A DNA stretch of 64,000 nucleotides, taken from the NCBI RefSeq assembly GCF_006345805.1, contig NC_042998.1:173414001-173478000 (forward strand), read 5' to 3'. A model generated the notes under the pieces. The model saw only the letters and a list, made by a program, of their open reading frames with translations, did not search any database and was not told the DNA's origin. The position numbers and the translations under genes are program-made. Below, in pieces: positions 13,100 through 24,740 of this stretch. This DNA is from Octopus sinensis. Taxonomy: Eukaryota. Position 1 is the first letter of the stretch. Each line of letters opens with the position of its first letter.

Positions 13100-13290
13100 G
13101 TTAGTTCAGTTTCAACGATATTTCTTATCCTACAGAAAAAGAGATGTCTTCTGACAGTTTTTTTTTTAAACTTCCTCAGCAAGATGGTATAGCACTCACG
13201 ATTAATAGTATGGCCGTTTTGAAAATAGTCAATAAACACAAAGCCTTTTGCTGAGGCTATATAAACTTCTCTGAAGATGAAACTATCTTC
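13100..13290 (-). pseudogene. Mariner transposase fragment
   Basis: AKGFVFIDYFQNGHTINRECY matches the mariner FWDxKGxxxIDYLxxGxTIN segment. Confidence 0.75.
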
Positions 13291-13744
13291 GCCTTCTTTG
13301 AGTAGGTGAGGAAGAGGTGTTTCCACTACTTGGATTCTGTTTTGTCTCTGACTCAAATGCTAAACGAAACGCTCATCATGAGTTAAGAAATTTCAAAGAA
13401 ACCAACTGGATCTGTCTGAAACATTGTTAGATTTCCCTGTAATTGTGTGGCATGCGATTTGGTCAGAGGATGTGTGTTGAAAATAAAAAATTACAGGGTC
13501 CTGGAAAGATGCACACAAAACTCACAAAACTGTTAAGTTTATCAATTGTACATTTATTATTTGGAGCGAAAATTTTCGTCGGAACAACTGCGACCTGATC
13601 TCTGACACCAGACAGTAAACTGAGCGAAGTTAGCAGATCTTGCCCATTTGCGAATGGCGATGTATCTTCTACGCTGTAATTCATATGTGTGAATAAACAA
13701 TAGCATGCAAGACACACATATAAATAATATATTCCTTTCTGCTC

Positions 13745-13950
13745 TACGAACAAGGCCCGAATTTTTTTTTGTGGGAGGAGCCAGTCGAGTAGATCAACCC
13801 CAGTACACTACTGGTACTTAATTCATGGACACCGATAGGATAAAAAACAAAGACGACTTTGGTGGAATTTGAACTGAGAACGTAAGGACAGATGAAATAC
13901 CGCTAAGCACTTGGCCCAACGCGCTAACTGTTCTGCCAAATCGCCACCTT
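13745..13950 (-). mobile_element. SINE family B (diverged)
   Basis: ggaatttgaactgagaacgtaaggacagatgaaatacc...ttctgccaaatcgcc. Confidence 0.8.
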
Positions 13951-14206
13951 AAATATAATATCTATATTATAAATAAAATGTATACGAAGATATATATATA
14001 TATGAGCTATACACGATTGTATGTGCATATGCAAACGAATATACATATGTATATGTGAGTGTTTGTATGAATGTATAAGCATTTCTTTGCAGATATATGG
14101 GCAATTTGTGTGTGCGCGTGTATGTGTGGGTATATGTGTGAGAGAGAATAACTATCTATATCTGTGTGTGTATATATATGTTGTATATATTATCGTTTAC
14201 AAATAT

Positions 14207-14283
<77 letters not shown>

Positions 14284-14291
<8 letters not shown>

Positions 14292-14543
14292 AATATCTTA
14301 CTTTACTCGGTAGTCAAGATAAAACTCTGAGTTTCAGATGCCGAAGTGGAAATCCACAACACCATCTCTTCGGTTAGCCAAATAACCGAAGAGATGGTGT
14401 TGTGGATTTCCACTTCGGCATCTGAAACTCAGAGTTTTATCTTGACTACCGAGTAAAGTAACATATTATTGTATAGATAAATTTCCTCTATTTACATAAT
14501 ATTGAGGTCTCTTTCTTTCTTTTGTTATCTTACCGTTTTATCA

Positions 14544-14545
<2 letters not shown>
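14284..14545. repeat. ~92-bp-arm palindrome plus pLTR-type tail, in (TA)n
   Basis: 14284-14376 pairs with 14383-14475 with 1 mismatch and a gccaaa loop. TA runs lie on both sides. Confidence 0.9.
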
Positions 14546-14576
<31 letters not shown>

Positions 14577-14585
14577 TATAATATT

Positions 14586-14970
14586 ATTAGAGACAAAACC
14601 ACTATTATGCAAATCAAACAAAGAAAGACTTAATCCAATACATAAAAATTTTTATACAAATTAAATATAATTAAAATATCCACTACGATCGTTTCTTGTC
14701 ACTTCTATTGACATTCATCATGTGGTTTCAAGACCTTCTTTGCAAGTTTTAAAACTTGCAAAGAAGGTCAATAGAAGTGACAAGAAACGATCGTAGTTGA
14801 TATCTTAATTATATTTAATTTATATAAAAAATTTTATGTATTGGATTAAGTCTTTCTTTGTTTGATTTGCATAATAGTGGTTTGTCTCTAATAATATTAT
14901 ATTATATTTTACTATAAAATTGGATTCAATCCTAAATCTGATTTTTCCCTGTAAATTTGGATTTATTCCC
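14586..14970. mobile_element. Head-to-head inverted PLE pLTR pair in (TA)n
   Basis: About 14586-14712 is mirrored by about 14767-14893. The centre is a loopless 19-bp palindrome, gaccttctttgcaagtttt|aaaacttgcaaagaaggtc. Confidence 0.85.
14680..14725 (-). ncRNA. Type I hammerhead motif, CGAUCG family, C3->A mutated
   Basis: CCAC AUGAUGA A UGUCA-AUAGAAG-UGACA A GAAA CGAUCG UA GUGG. Stems I, II and III all pair; the first core C is replaced by A. Confidence 0.7.
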
Positions 14971-14976
14971 TAATAT

Positions 14977-15007
<31 letters not shown>

Positions 15008-15053
15008 TATACACATACACACAACACGCAGATTAACTTATATATATATATAA

Positions 15054-15094
<41 letters not shown>

Positions 15095-15124
15095 ATATAT
15101 ATATATATATATATATAATTTATA

Positions 15125-15345
15125 TGAAATGAATCCAAACTTAAAAACACAAAGAGAAAACACAACAATGCGAGGACGTGGAAAGAGTATAGTGTTATTG
15201 TACGCTCAGGAAAGGAAAGAAAGGAAGAGGATTTAACGTCTCGAGCTGAGCTCTTCGTCAGAAATATAGAAAAAAGGAAAAGTCCAAGGAAGGGAAGGCG
15301 GAGAAAGAAAATCGCCAACGATACACACGGCGTCACATATTCAAT
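15125..15345 (-). mobile_element. ~215-bp hammerhead-bearing unit, copy 2, flanked by (TA)n
   Basis: Homologous to 195-410. Confidence 0.75.
15231..15265 (-). ncRNA. Minimal hammerhead motif (GAAA->GAGA)
   Basis: AUUU CUGACGA A GAGC-UCA-GCUC GAGA CG UU AAAU. Stems I and II are perfect and there is one core mutation. Confidence 0.65.
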
Positions 15346-15499
15346 ATATATATGTATATATATAAGAATTTTTGCGTTACGAAAAAAATTCTTATATACA
15401 CACGCTGAGATATGACCAACGTTCAAACCATTATTAGCAAAATCACCGAACCTGGAACTTAACTATGGTCTGTCTATAGCACTTATCCAGCATTACTTG

Positions 15500-15685
15500 A
15501 CAGCAGGGGATGGTGGCGATCCCTGCTGTACTCTTTCGCCACAATTTTTCTCTCACTCCTTCTTCTGTTGGCCTGCTCGCTTAGCCAACGGGATGGCGTC
15601 ATTTGAAGGCTAAAACAATGCGAAGCGCATAGTGACCAGCGATGTGTAGCAAAATCTGATAGCCTGGTCGGTGACGGTGACGGTA
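15500..15685 (+). mobile_element. SINE family D, 3' part
   Basis: Matches 38585-38770 (ggcgtcatttgaaggctaaaacaatgcgaagcgc...ctgatagcctggtcggt). Confidence 0.85.
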
Positions 15686-15707
15686 ATATATATATATGTA
15701 TGGATAA

Positions 15708-15743
<36 letters not shown>

Positions 15744-15767
15744 ACATATATATATACCTACAAACAT

Positions 15768-16901
15768 AGGTACATACACGTAAATTTATGTCAAGTTTTC
15801 ACGTAGCTGTGGATTTTGCATGAATATCACTTAACGATTCCATTCGCGTTTCAATATTCTCTTCTTTTTCTTTTTTATGACTTTCTTTTCGAGTTTCGCG
15901 TCCCTGCTTCTTAGCTTTCTACCTCCAGTAAAATTTCTTATTTTGTGTGTGTCTTTATACGTATCCATATATATAGTGGGGAGATTAACAAGAAAAATAA
16001 GCGAAAATGCACATTGGAAATCAAAAGAAGTAAAGGCTCTTTATGAAATGTATCGATAGATATATACAATTAGATGAACTGAGGTATGAATAAAAGTAAT
16101 AAAAGTCATTAATGTGAATTGTTAAAGAGATTCAAAAGCATACTGGTTCGGGAATTTACTAATAATTGCTTTGAATGCACACCGATTAATGGACGGTGTC
16201 AGGTCTATTAGTCACCGAGTAAAACGATTATGTGTAAGGGATGTATTGGGGTTAGTGGTATTGATTGAAAGGTTAGTAGTGTTCTGTATTATGCTATGTG
16301 TTCATATTGAGTTGTGGAACATATTTATTGATGAAAGTTGCCTTTTTATTCATTCTTTGTTGTACTGAGGTATTCTGTGAACATTGATAAAAGGGGTAAA
16401 TTAGGAAATTAGGATTAGGATTCCTAGCACACCTTTCTATGTGTTCACTAAACTGTATCTGTCTACATTATTCCCACAACTCATATTCAACACATGACAT
16501 AATACAGAACACTACTAATCTTTCAATTAATACCACTAACCCGCATACATCTCATACACCATTCACATTACAGATCTATATCTACCCTAATTGCACCAAA
16601 TACAGAACTACTTACCTCCCTTACATATAATCGTTTTACTTAGGGACTAATAGACTTGACACCGTTCATTAAACGATGTGCATTCAAAGCAATGATTAGT
16701 AAATTCCCGAACCGGTATGCTTTTGAATCTCTTTAACACTTCACAATAATGACTTTTACTACTTTTATTCCTACCTAAGTTCATCTAATTGTATATATGT
16801 CTATCGTTACTTTTCATAAGGAGCCTTTACTTTTTTTGATTTCCAATGTGCATTTTCCCTTATTTTTCTTATTACTTTCCCCCCTATATAAATATATATA
16901 A

Positions 16902-16935
<34 letters not shown>

Positions 16936-16958
16936 CATATACATATATATATATATTA

Positions 16959-16997
<39 letters not shown>

Positions 16998-17340
16998 TAT
17001 ATATATATATATACGTTACAAGGATGTTTTTCAAAAGGGACATGAAGGCCTGCAACATCAATATTAGCGGTTGGGAGGCAGTTGCCGGCAACCGTGGAGA
17101 ATGGCGACGTACCGTAAGAGAGGGAATACAAAGGAGTGACAGAGAGAGAGAGAGGAGAAAGAGAAAGAGAAGAAAAGACGTCAACAAGAAACTATGGTAT
17201 TACCACCAGCCAGGAACAGTCTTCGCTACATTTGCGGTACCTGCCAGAGGGAGTGTTTGTCCAGGATAGGACTACACAGCCACAGCAGGAAATGTATCAG
17301 GACATGAAGTGTAAAAGCCGAGACAAAAAGGATGCCAACA

Positions 17341-17385
<45 letters not shown>

Positions 17386-17630
17386 ATATATATATATATA
17401 TATATCTCTTATATATATATATATATATTATATGGGCACGTATAAAGACACAACAAATAAGAAATTTTACTGGAGAAAGAAAGCTAAGAACCAGAAACAC
17501 GAAACTCGAAAAGAAAGTTACAACAAAGAAAAAGAAGAGAACCTTGAAACCCGAATGGAATCGTTAAGTGATATTTATATAAATATTCGTAACAACTTGA
17601 AAAGTTGACATACATTTATGTGTATGTACG
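15768..17630. mobile_element. Fold-back element with ~550-bp arms; right arm interrupted by an RTE fragment
   Basis: 15768-15970 pairs with 17435-17630 and 15978-16325 pairs with 16470-16885. Arms are diverged and the spacer is about 150 bp. Confidence 0.8.
17010..17340 (+). mobile_element. RTE (BovB-like) LINE 3' fragment
   Basis: YKDVFKRDMKACNINISGWEAVAGNRGEWRRTVREG, then the C-terminal Zn finger CGTCQRECLSRIGLHSHSRKC*, then a gagac..ggatgcc 3' UTR. It is inserted between TA runs. Confidence 0.85.
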
Positions 17631-17744
17631 TGTATATATATATATATACATACTTATACAAACATACATAATAATGTATACATGTACATACACTAATATT
17701 TATATTCAGTATATAGAATGTATATTCTTTTATAATTTTATTTT

Positions 17745-17906
17745 ATTCTTTTACTTGTTTCAGTCATTTGACTGTGGCTATGCTGGAGCACCACCTTTAG
17801 TCGAGCAAATCAACCGCAGGAATTATTCTTTGTAAGCCTGGTACTTATTCTATTGGTCTCTTTTGCCGAACCGCTAGGTGGCTGGGACGAAGAAACACAA
17901 ACATGC

Positions 17907-17959
<53 letters not shown>

Positions 17960-18140
17960 ATATATATATATATACGACTGGCTTCTTTCAGTTTCCGACT
18001 ACCAAATCTACTCACAAGGCTTTGGTCAGCCCGAGGCTATAGTAGAAGACATTTGCCCAAAGTGCCACGCAGTGGCCCTGAACCAGGAACCATGTGAGTT
18101 GGTAAGCATGCTACTTACCACTCAGCTGCTCCTGCACCTA
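17745..18140 (-). mobile_element. SINE family A, near full length
   Basis: Reverse complement of family A including the head, central microsatellite and tail. Confidence 0.9.
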
Positions 18141-18162
18141 TATCATTTTCCTTTCTTTTTAA

Positions 18163-18204
<42 letters not shown>

Positions 18205-18399
18205 CGCACATACACACATTACGCACATATACACCTACAAAAACCCACCACACAACCCACGCATAAACGCATACACAATTCACATAGACACCCACACATA
18301 TACATATACACAATATATGCATACACGCACATACACATGTACACGCACACGCACGCACACGCATGCATACACGCGCAAAAAATTGCACCTATACCCCCT

Positions 18400-19029
18400 A
18401 CACTATGATGTATAGTTAAGTGTAGTTTATGATAAATCGTGAGGATGTTGCAGATAACATGAGTTATATTTTGTCTTGCCTTTGCTTTCATATTATCATT
18501 TACTGTATTTGGCTCTCATGAGCTCTGACACTCTCCAATGGTCATCACTTATGCCTACACAACCCCTCGTTCACACACACATGCACATGGACACACACAC
18601 AAAATACACACACATACACTAACACACACACACATATATACACACGCACACATACACAGGGTACAGTACAATTACTTCATACACATCCCCACCGTTACAC
18701 ACATACCCACGCGTACACATATATACATACATACACACACATACTGCAAACAAGACATACACACACTACATATACATATACGCACAATAGGTAGCCACTC
18801 GTGCCAAAACTCTGCCTATAAATTCTTCCTATGAACTTAAATGATACTAAGCCCAACCACACATAGATAAACAGCTACTTATTTTACTTCTTAATTTCCC
18901 TTTACAGTTCCACGTGTACTTTCTATTTTCTTTTTGTAACATATTTCTCTATATATATATATAAAAATTTGGCGTAAAATGAGTTCGTATATATATATAT
19001 ATATATGAATTCGGCTTAAAATGAGTTCG

Positions 19030-19071
<42 letters not shown>

Positions 19072-19888
19072 GAACCCATTTTACGCCAAATGTATACATA
19101 TATATATATATATATATACCATAGAAATATGTTACAAAAAGAAACTAGAAAGTACACGTGGAACTGTAAGGGGAAATTAAGAAGAAAAATAAGTGGCTCT
19201 TTATCTATGTGTGTTTATCTATGTATATATATGTATATCTATGTATATATAGCTTTATATATATTTAATATATGTGTCAATCATTCGGTTGCCATAATAA
19301 AACTCCGAGTCTCGGCTGTAGTGGCAGAAAACCTGCATCGACATGTCTTCAGTTATCTAGGCATAATTCCCTTGATAAGTGAAGGGATGCCGGTGCAAAA
19401 AATATAACTCATATGAACATGCTTTGCAACTATTTTCTTTCGCTTTCAGCACTACTGATAGAATGCAATCCAAACTTAAAATGGAAAATATAAGTGGTGA
19501 AGCCTTGCAAGGTGGTGCCCTAGCATGGCCACAGTCCAATGTCTTGAACAAGTAATAGATAAAAGAGACAGAGATGTCAGAATAAACCTGATTAAGAATA
19601 AGTCAGAATAAACCTGATTAAGATGCCATAGCAGAAGCTGTTTACACCATTCATTGACAAAGTCGCCCAAAGTTAAGAAAATATAGACATTAGTACAAAC
19701 CAAATTATAGAAAGAGAAGAATCCTTCGCCTCACAGGCAGAAGGGATGACCAGTGGAGAGTGTCAGAGCTCATGAGAGCCAAAGACAGTGAATGATAATA
19801 TGAAAGCGAAGGAAAGACAAAACATAACTCATGTTATCAGCAACATCTTCACGATTTATCATAAACTACACTTAGATATACAACATAA
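18400..19888. repeat. Nested inverted repeats
   Basis: Outer pair 18400-18544 / 19747-19888. Inner pair 18858-18948 / 19123-19213, with further ggcgtaaaatgagttcgtat arms around a (TA)n centre. Confidence 0.85.
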
Positions 19889-20729
19889 TACTACAAATAA
19901 TTTACAATTATCTATATCTTCACTGTGTCTACATATACCTCAACCTCCACCTAATATCTTGCTGTTACTTCCAAATTCACTTCACAACTGAATTGTAAGT
20001 TTCAATTAACAACTAATTTCCCGGGAATTTTTTGCTTTATACATAGGCTACAATTAAAGTAAGCCTTTTCCACTATACCCTTGCTCAGTTATTTGCTCCA
20101 CCAGATGTTTCGCTTTACGAACACATCAAATCAATTAACTATCCTACCATAAGTCATTAACTAGAAAAATAATATATCCTAATCCTTCTACAGTTAGACA
20201 TATACGACATTATCAGCACTTAAAAATTAAAGTCATTAGTTTTATTATAAACAGTGATTATTGATTTATTGCATTTTCATAACATCTAATTCAACCTTTT
20301 CACATCAAAGTCAATTCCATTTGCTTCCAAATCACCAGGATTAATTTTTATTCAACGTAAATATCAAAAAATAAATAAACGTAATTAAGAACAAATATAT
20401 CATCCATATAAATCTCTCTTGTGGTTGTAAAACGCACCACAAATTCTAAATTTGCCCGATAAATAATTAATGATGGTCAATAGAAGACTAGAGTTGCCTC
20501 TATAAGAATGCCCCTAGCTTGTTTAAGCCTTTCATTTACAAACAAATTGTATGCATTATTAAAAACAAAATTATCACTTTAACCTAAACTTTGTAACACA
20601 TATCTCCATTATATCATAAACAGAAAGACAGAAAGACAGAAAACCTACTATATGCTTAATAAAAACGTTTTTATACCTCATCTTCCACCTGATTTAAGTC
20701 TAAATTCATACACAGCATAGAAAAACTAT

Positions 20730-21008
20730 GTGTGTATGAGTGTGTGTGTTTGTGAGAGAGAGAAAGGGTGAGTGAATGAGCCAGCGAGTAAGTGTGTGAG
20801 TGAGTATGTGAGTGAGTGAGTGTGTGAGTGAGTGAGCGAGTGAATGAGTGAGTGAGTGAACGAGTGAGTGAGTGAATGAGTATATGAGTGAGTGTGTGAG
20901 TGAGCGAGTGAGTGACCGAGTGAGCGAGTGAGTAAGTGAGTGAGTGAGTGAGTATGTGAGTGAGTGAGTGAGTGGGTGAGTGAGTGAGTGAGTGAGTGAG
21001 TGAGTGAG
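20730..21008. repeat. (TGAG)n degenerate microsatellite
   Basis: Read directly. Confidence 0.95.
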
Positions 21009-21168
21009 GTTGTATAGTTACATGTCATAGTCATCATATTATCGTCCACTTTGCCATGCTCGAATAGGTTGGATGGAATTACTTTGAGGCAATCATTTAA
21101 CTGCCGGATGATGCTCCTGTCACCAAACAAAACATGTTTCCAAGTAAGGCAATATTCCTCCATAGCTA

Positions 21169-21381
21169 ACGTGGTGAGCTGGCAGAAACGTTAGCACGCC
21201 GGGCGAAATGCTTAGCGGTATTTCGTTTGTCTTTACGTTCTGAGTTCAAATTCCGCCGATGTCGACTTTGCCTTTCATCCTTTCGTGGCCAATAAACTAA
21301 GTACCAGCTGCGTACTGGGATTTCTCTAATCGACTGGCCCCCTCACCCAAAATTTCGGCTTTTGTACCTAGAGTAGAAAAG
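21169..21381 (+). mobile_element. SINE family B with 18-bp TSD
   Basis: TSD aatattyctccatagcta at 21151-21168 and 21382-21399. Confidence 0.9.
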
Positions 21382-21799
21382 AATATTTCTCCATAGCTAG
21401 ACACCTGTTTGCAGAAATGAATGACATAACATTTGCCGAACATACCAGTACATGGTTTTGCATGTCATAGGCATATAATAGAGGTGCCAGGTCATTCACG
21501 TCCGACCCTGTTGGGTACGGGATGCTAAAAAGCCACAAAATAGCGAAACATAGATGAGGCTGAAGGTGGTTTATCTCGCCTATCCATGACTCTGAACTGT
21601 TTTAGCAGCCCGTGCTTTGAAGAGAGTATATAGTCCAATGCGCCAAAAGCAGCCCAGCAGCAAATACACTAACCATATACATTAAAGATAATCGGTTAAT
21701 GATATTTATTATATTAGAGCTGCTTCTATTTCCCAAACGCTCACACGCACGTACACACTCACACCACACACCACACACACACATACACACGCACACACA

Positions 21800-21889
21800 C
21801 ATATATATATACATACATATATATACATATATTATTATATATTATATATATATACATATATATATATACATATACATATATATATATAT

Positions 21890-21923
<34 letters not shown>

Positions 21924-21973
21924 ATATATATATATATATATACATAATATATATACATATCATATATATATAC

Positions 21974-22022
<49 letters not shown>

Positions 22023-22043
22023 AATATATATATATATAATATA

Positions 22044-22110
<67 letters not shown>
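21800..22110. repeat. Long imperfect (TA)n
   Basis: Read directly. It is representative of dozens of TA tracts in the window (for example 28470-28620, 34630-34840, 38780-38970, 62050-62220, 62550-62800). Confidence 0.95.
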
Positions 22111-22112
<2 letters not shown>

Positions 22113-22939
22113 AGTGAGTTGGCAGACTAAAGAAGAGCACACAACCAATTTATTGGAAGTTACATTTATGGATCAAAACAGTGTGATTAAAATTCGTTGA
22201 TACTCTTGAGTTTTAAGCGTGATGCTAGTCACCAGTGATTTTGAATTTGAATGGCAGAAGTCGATTGTTATTACCGTAAGGTGCGCTAAGACTGGTCGAG
22301 GAAGGTCATGCAGTGTTGCGGTTTGATGCTGGTATATAGGTAGCAGTTAGATGGAAAATATCGCATGCCGAATAGGATATTGGCCACGTGGACGACAGGT
22401 AATAGGCCACGTGACGATTAGAAATCGGTCGGGTTGTTACGGCGAAGTAGGAAGAGAGGCATGTGCAAGTATATAGTTTTATATGTCGGTGTGTAGACGC
22501 GCTCATATAGTGTATATTAATGCGTGTGTGCACATCTGTATATGAGTGAATATGCGCGCCTGCATACGTACACATGTATACATACATACGCACACATGCA
22601 CACTAATACATGTATACACACTCATACGTGTATGAGCGTGTATACATAATAATTCCTTCTGGAAACTATCTTTAACATTTTCTTGAGAATGTATATTTAT
22701 GTTGTAATCTTTTGTGTCCAATATTTTAATGAACTTGTAAAACTTTTTTAGGTCCTTAACATGTTCTTGTTACCAAAGACTGTATATAGGTATTGTAGCA
22801 TTTTGTGACAACCAATAATTAACACAACTAAACTTTTACATGTTACTTTTGACAATATTTTTCTAAAGAGTGAAACCGGTAAGTAAATAAACATCTTTTA
22901 AAATTGCATTTTCAAACCTTCTTCGTGTATATATATATA

Positions 22940-22991
<52 letters not shown>

Positions 22992-23000
22992 TTATATTTA

Positions 23001-23131
23001 GGCGCAGGAGTGACTCTGTGGTAAGTAGCTTGCGTGGCACCTTGGGAATGTGTCTTCTACTATAGCCTCGGGCCGACCAAAGCCTTGTGAGCGGATTTGG
23101 TAGACTGAAACTGAAAGAAGCTCGTCGTAAA

Positions 23132-23163
<32 letters not shown>

Positions 23164-23745
23164 CGATCAAAACGCCCCCGTCCAATGGACGGCGCTGAGT
23201 TGTCAAACATTTGAACCAAATTTTCTCAAGACAACTTGTCCGACCAACATAGGCCTCCCCTTTGAGAAACACTGATTTAACCTAAATTTGAGACAACACA
23301 GCAAAAGTAGAAATAAAGATAGACTTTTTTCTTTTCCAAGTAAAACGATTTTACAAATGCGCGTTCCAACGGCTTTATCGATCGCATTTTCACCTGGAAT
23401 CGATTTTTGTAATTTTTTCAACGCTTATACACGCCATGATACTGTCGGTATCTACATAGCAAATTTGAGCGCAGTCGGATGGAGGATGCCCGAGATCCGA
23501 TAAGGCACACACACACCACACACACACACACACAGAACCGATTTTATATAATAGATACATGTGTTTTTATATGTGTGTGTGTCTGTGTTTGTCTCCCCAA
23601 CATCGCTTGACAATCATTGCAAAAGAGGCCAATAGAATAAGTGCTAGACTTACAAAGAATAAGTCCTGGGGTCGATTTGCTCGACTAAAGGCGGTGCTCC
23701 AGCATGGCCGCAGTCAAATGACTGAAACAAGTAAAAGAGTAAAGT
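23001..23745 (+). mobile_element. SINE family A split by a Helitron
   Basis: The 5' half is 23001-23128 and the 3' half is about 23560-23745. The insertion sits in the central microsatellite. Confidence 0.85.
23164..23556 (-). mobile_element. Non-autonomous Helitron, family 2
   Basis: The minus strand starts A|TCTATTATATAAAATCGG and has a subterminal hairpin cgccgtcc-attg-gacggggg. A second copy lies at 34250-34630. Confidence 0.75.
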
Positions 23746-23758
23746 GTATATATATAAA

Positions 23759-24600
23759 TTAGAGATAAAACCACTATTATGCAACTCAAACAGTGATAGA
23801 CATAAACCAATACATAAATAACAAATAACATATATTTCAATAAAACATTTAACTTATAACATTTTTGTGGTTGATATTGTTAGTATTATTATTGTTATTA
23901 TTACTATTATTATGTGTTAAGTATATATATATCTTTTTTGGTAACGTTTTAGTAACATTAAATACTTTTGAATGTGTAGTAAATTTTTTTTTCTTTATGT
24001 AATATTTATTTATTATGATAATATGTACTTTATTTATTCAATTAAATTTCAAAGTATTTGATCTAAATATGAATTACTTTACCTATATAAGTTTAATTTA
24101 TTATTATTTAGCATTTGTTTTGAGTATTAATGATATATAATATATAGTTATTATAAACAACAGTTAAGCTTATAGTTTGTAATAATTTTTTTATATTCAT
24201 CAAAATGTATTTTATTATATATTTCGAAGTAGATATATTTAGATCTTTATTTAATTAATTAATATTATATTAACGAAATTTATTACATTATAGTTTTTTA
24301 GTTAATTTAGTTTATTAATTACTGGTCATAATATAGATAATGATTGAATTACTAATGAGTTAATATTGAATGTGTCTAAAAGTTATTTAATTTAAATAAA
24401 GATTTGACTCCAACGTAACCATATGTTTTTAATATATATAAAATAAATTAATTTGTATAAGATTATTAGAGAATATACAGTAAATGGTAGTTATATAAAT
24501 TATTTAATTTATAGAGTTTTGAGTATAATTTATTGTAGTTAATTATACATTTTAGGATTTTAGTGAAAGATATCATTAACCTGAAGATTGACTACAATAT
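23759..24600. mobile_element. AT-rich PLE pLTR-type sequence
   Basis: It begins with the ttagagataaaaccactatt family motif and ends with acctgaagattgact, the inverse of the 26608 hammerhead 5' half. The interior is very AT-rich and C-poor. Confidence 0.5.
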
Positions 24601-24627
24601 ATATCATACATAGAGCGAGAAACACTG

Positions 24628-24740
24628 TATCAGGTCTCTCATGTATGCTACTGGTAACATGTAATCACACATAATCCCTTGTATACCCGTGTCGTCGACA
24701 CTCCAACGAGTGCCCTATCAAGCTAGACTGGTGAGGAAGC
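24628..24740 (+). mobile_element. Decayed 5' end of the RTE family seen at 32363
   Basis: Shares tcaggtc..tgctactggtaacatgtaatc and tggtgagga. Confidence 0.6.

Noticed and set aside
22380-22415. Two CACGTG E-boxes 23 bp apart
   Set aside because: Short motifs without promoter context cannot be supported.
23830-24560. Possible mitochondrial insertion (AT-rich, strand-skewed), also considered for 19890-20720
   Set aside because: No recognisable rRNA, tRNA or OXPHOS motifs were found, and the boundaries match nuclear repeat families. A BLAST search would settle it.
24575-24635. CUGAAGA...GAAA as a complete hammerhead
   Set aside because: The 5' half matches the CGAUCG family, but the GAAA comes from unrelated sequence and stems II and III do not form.
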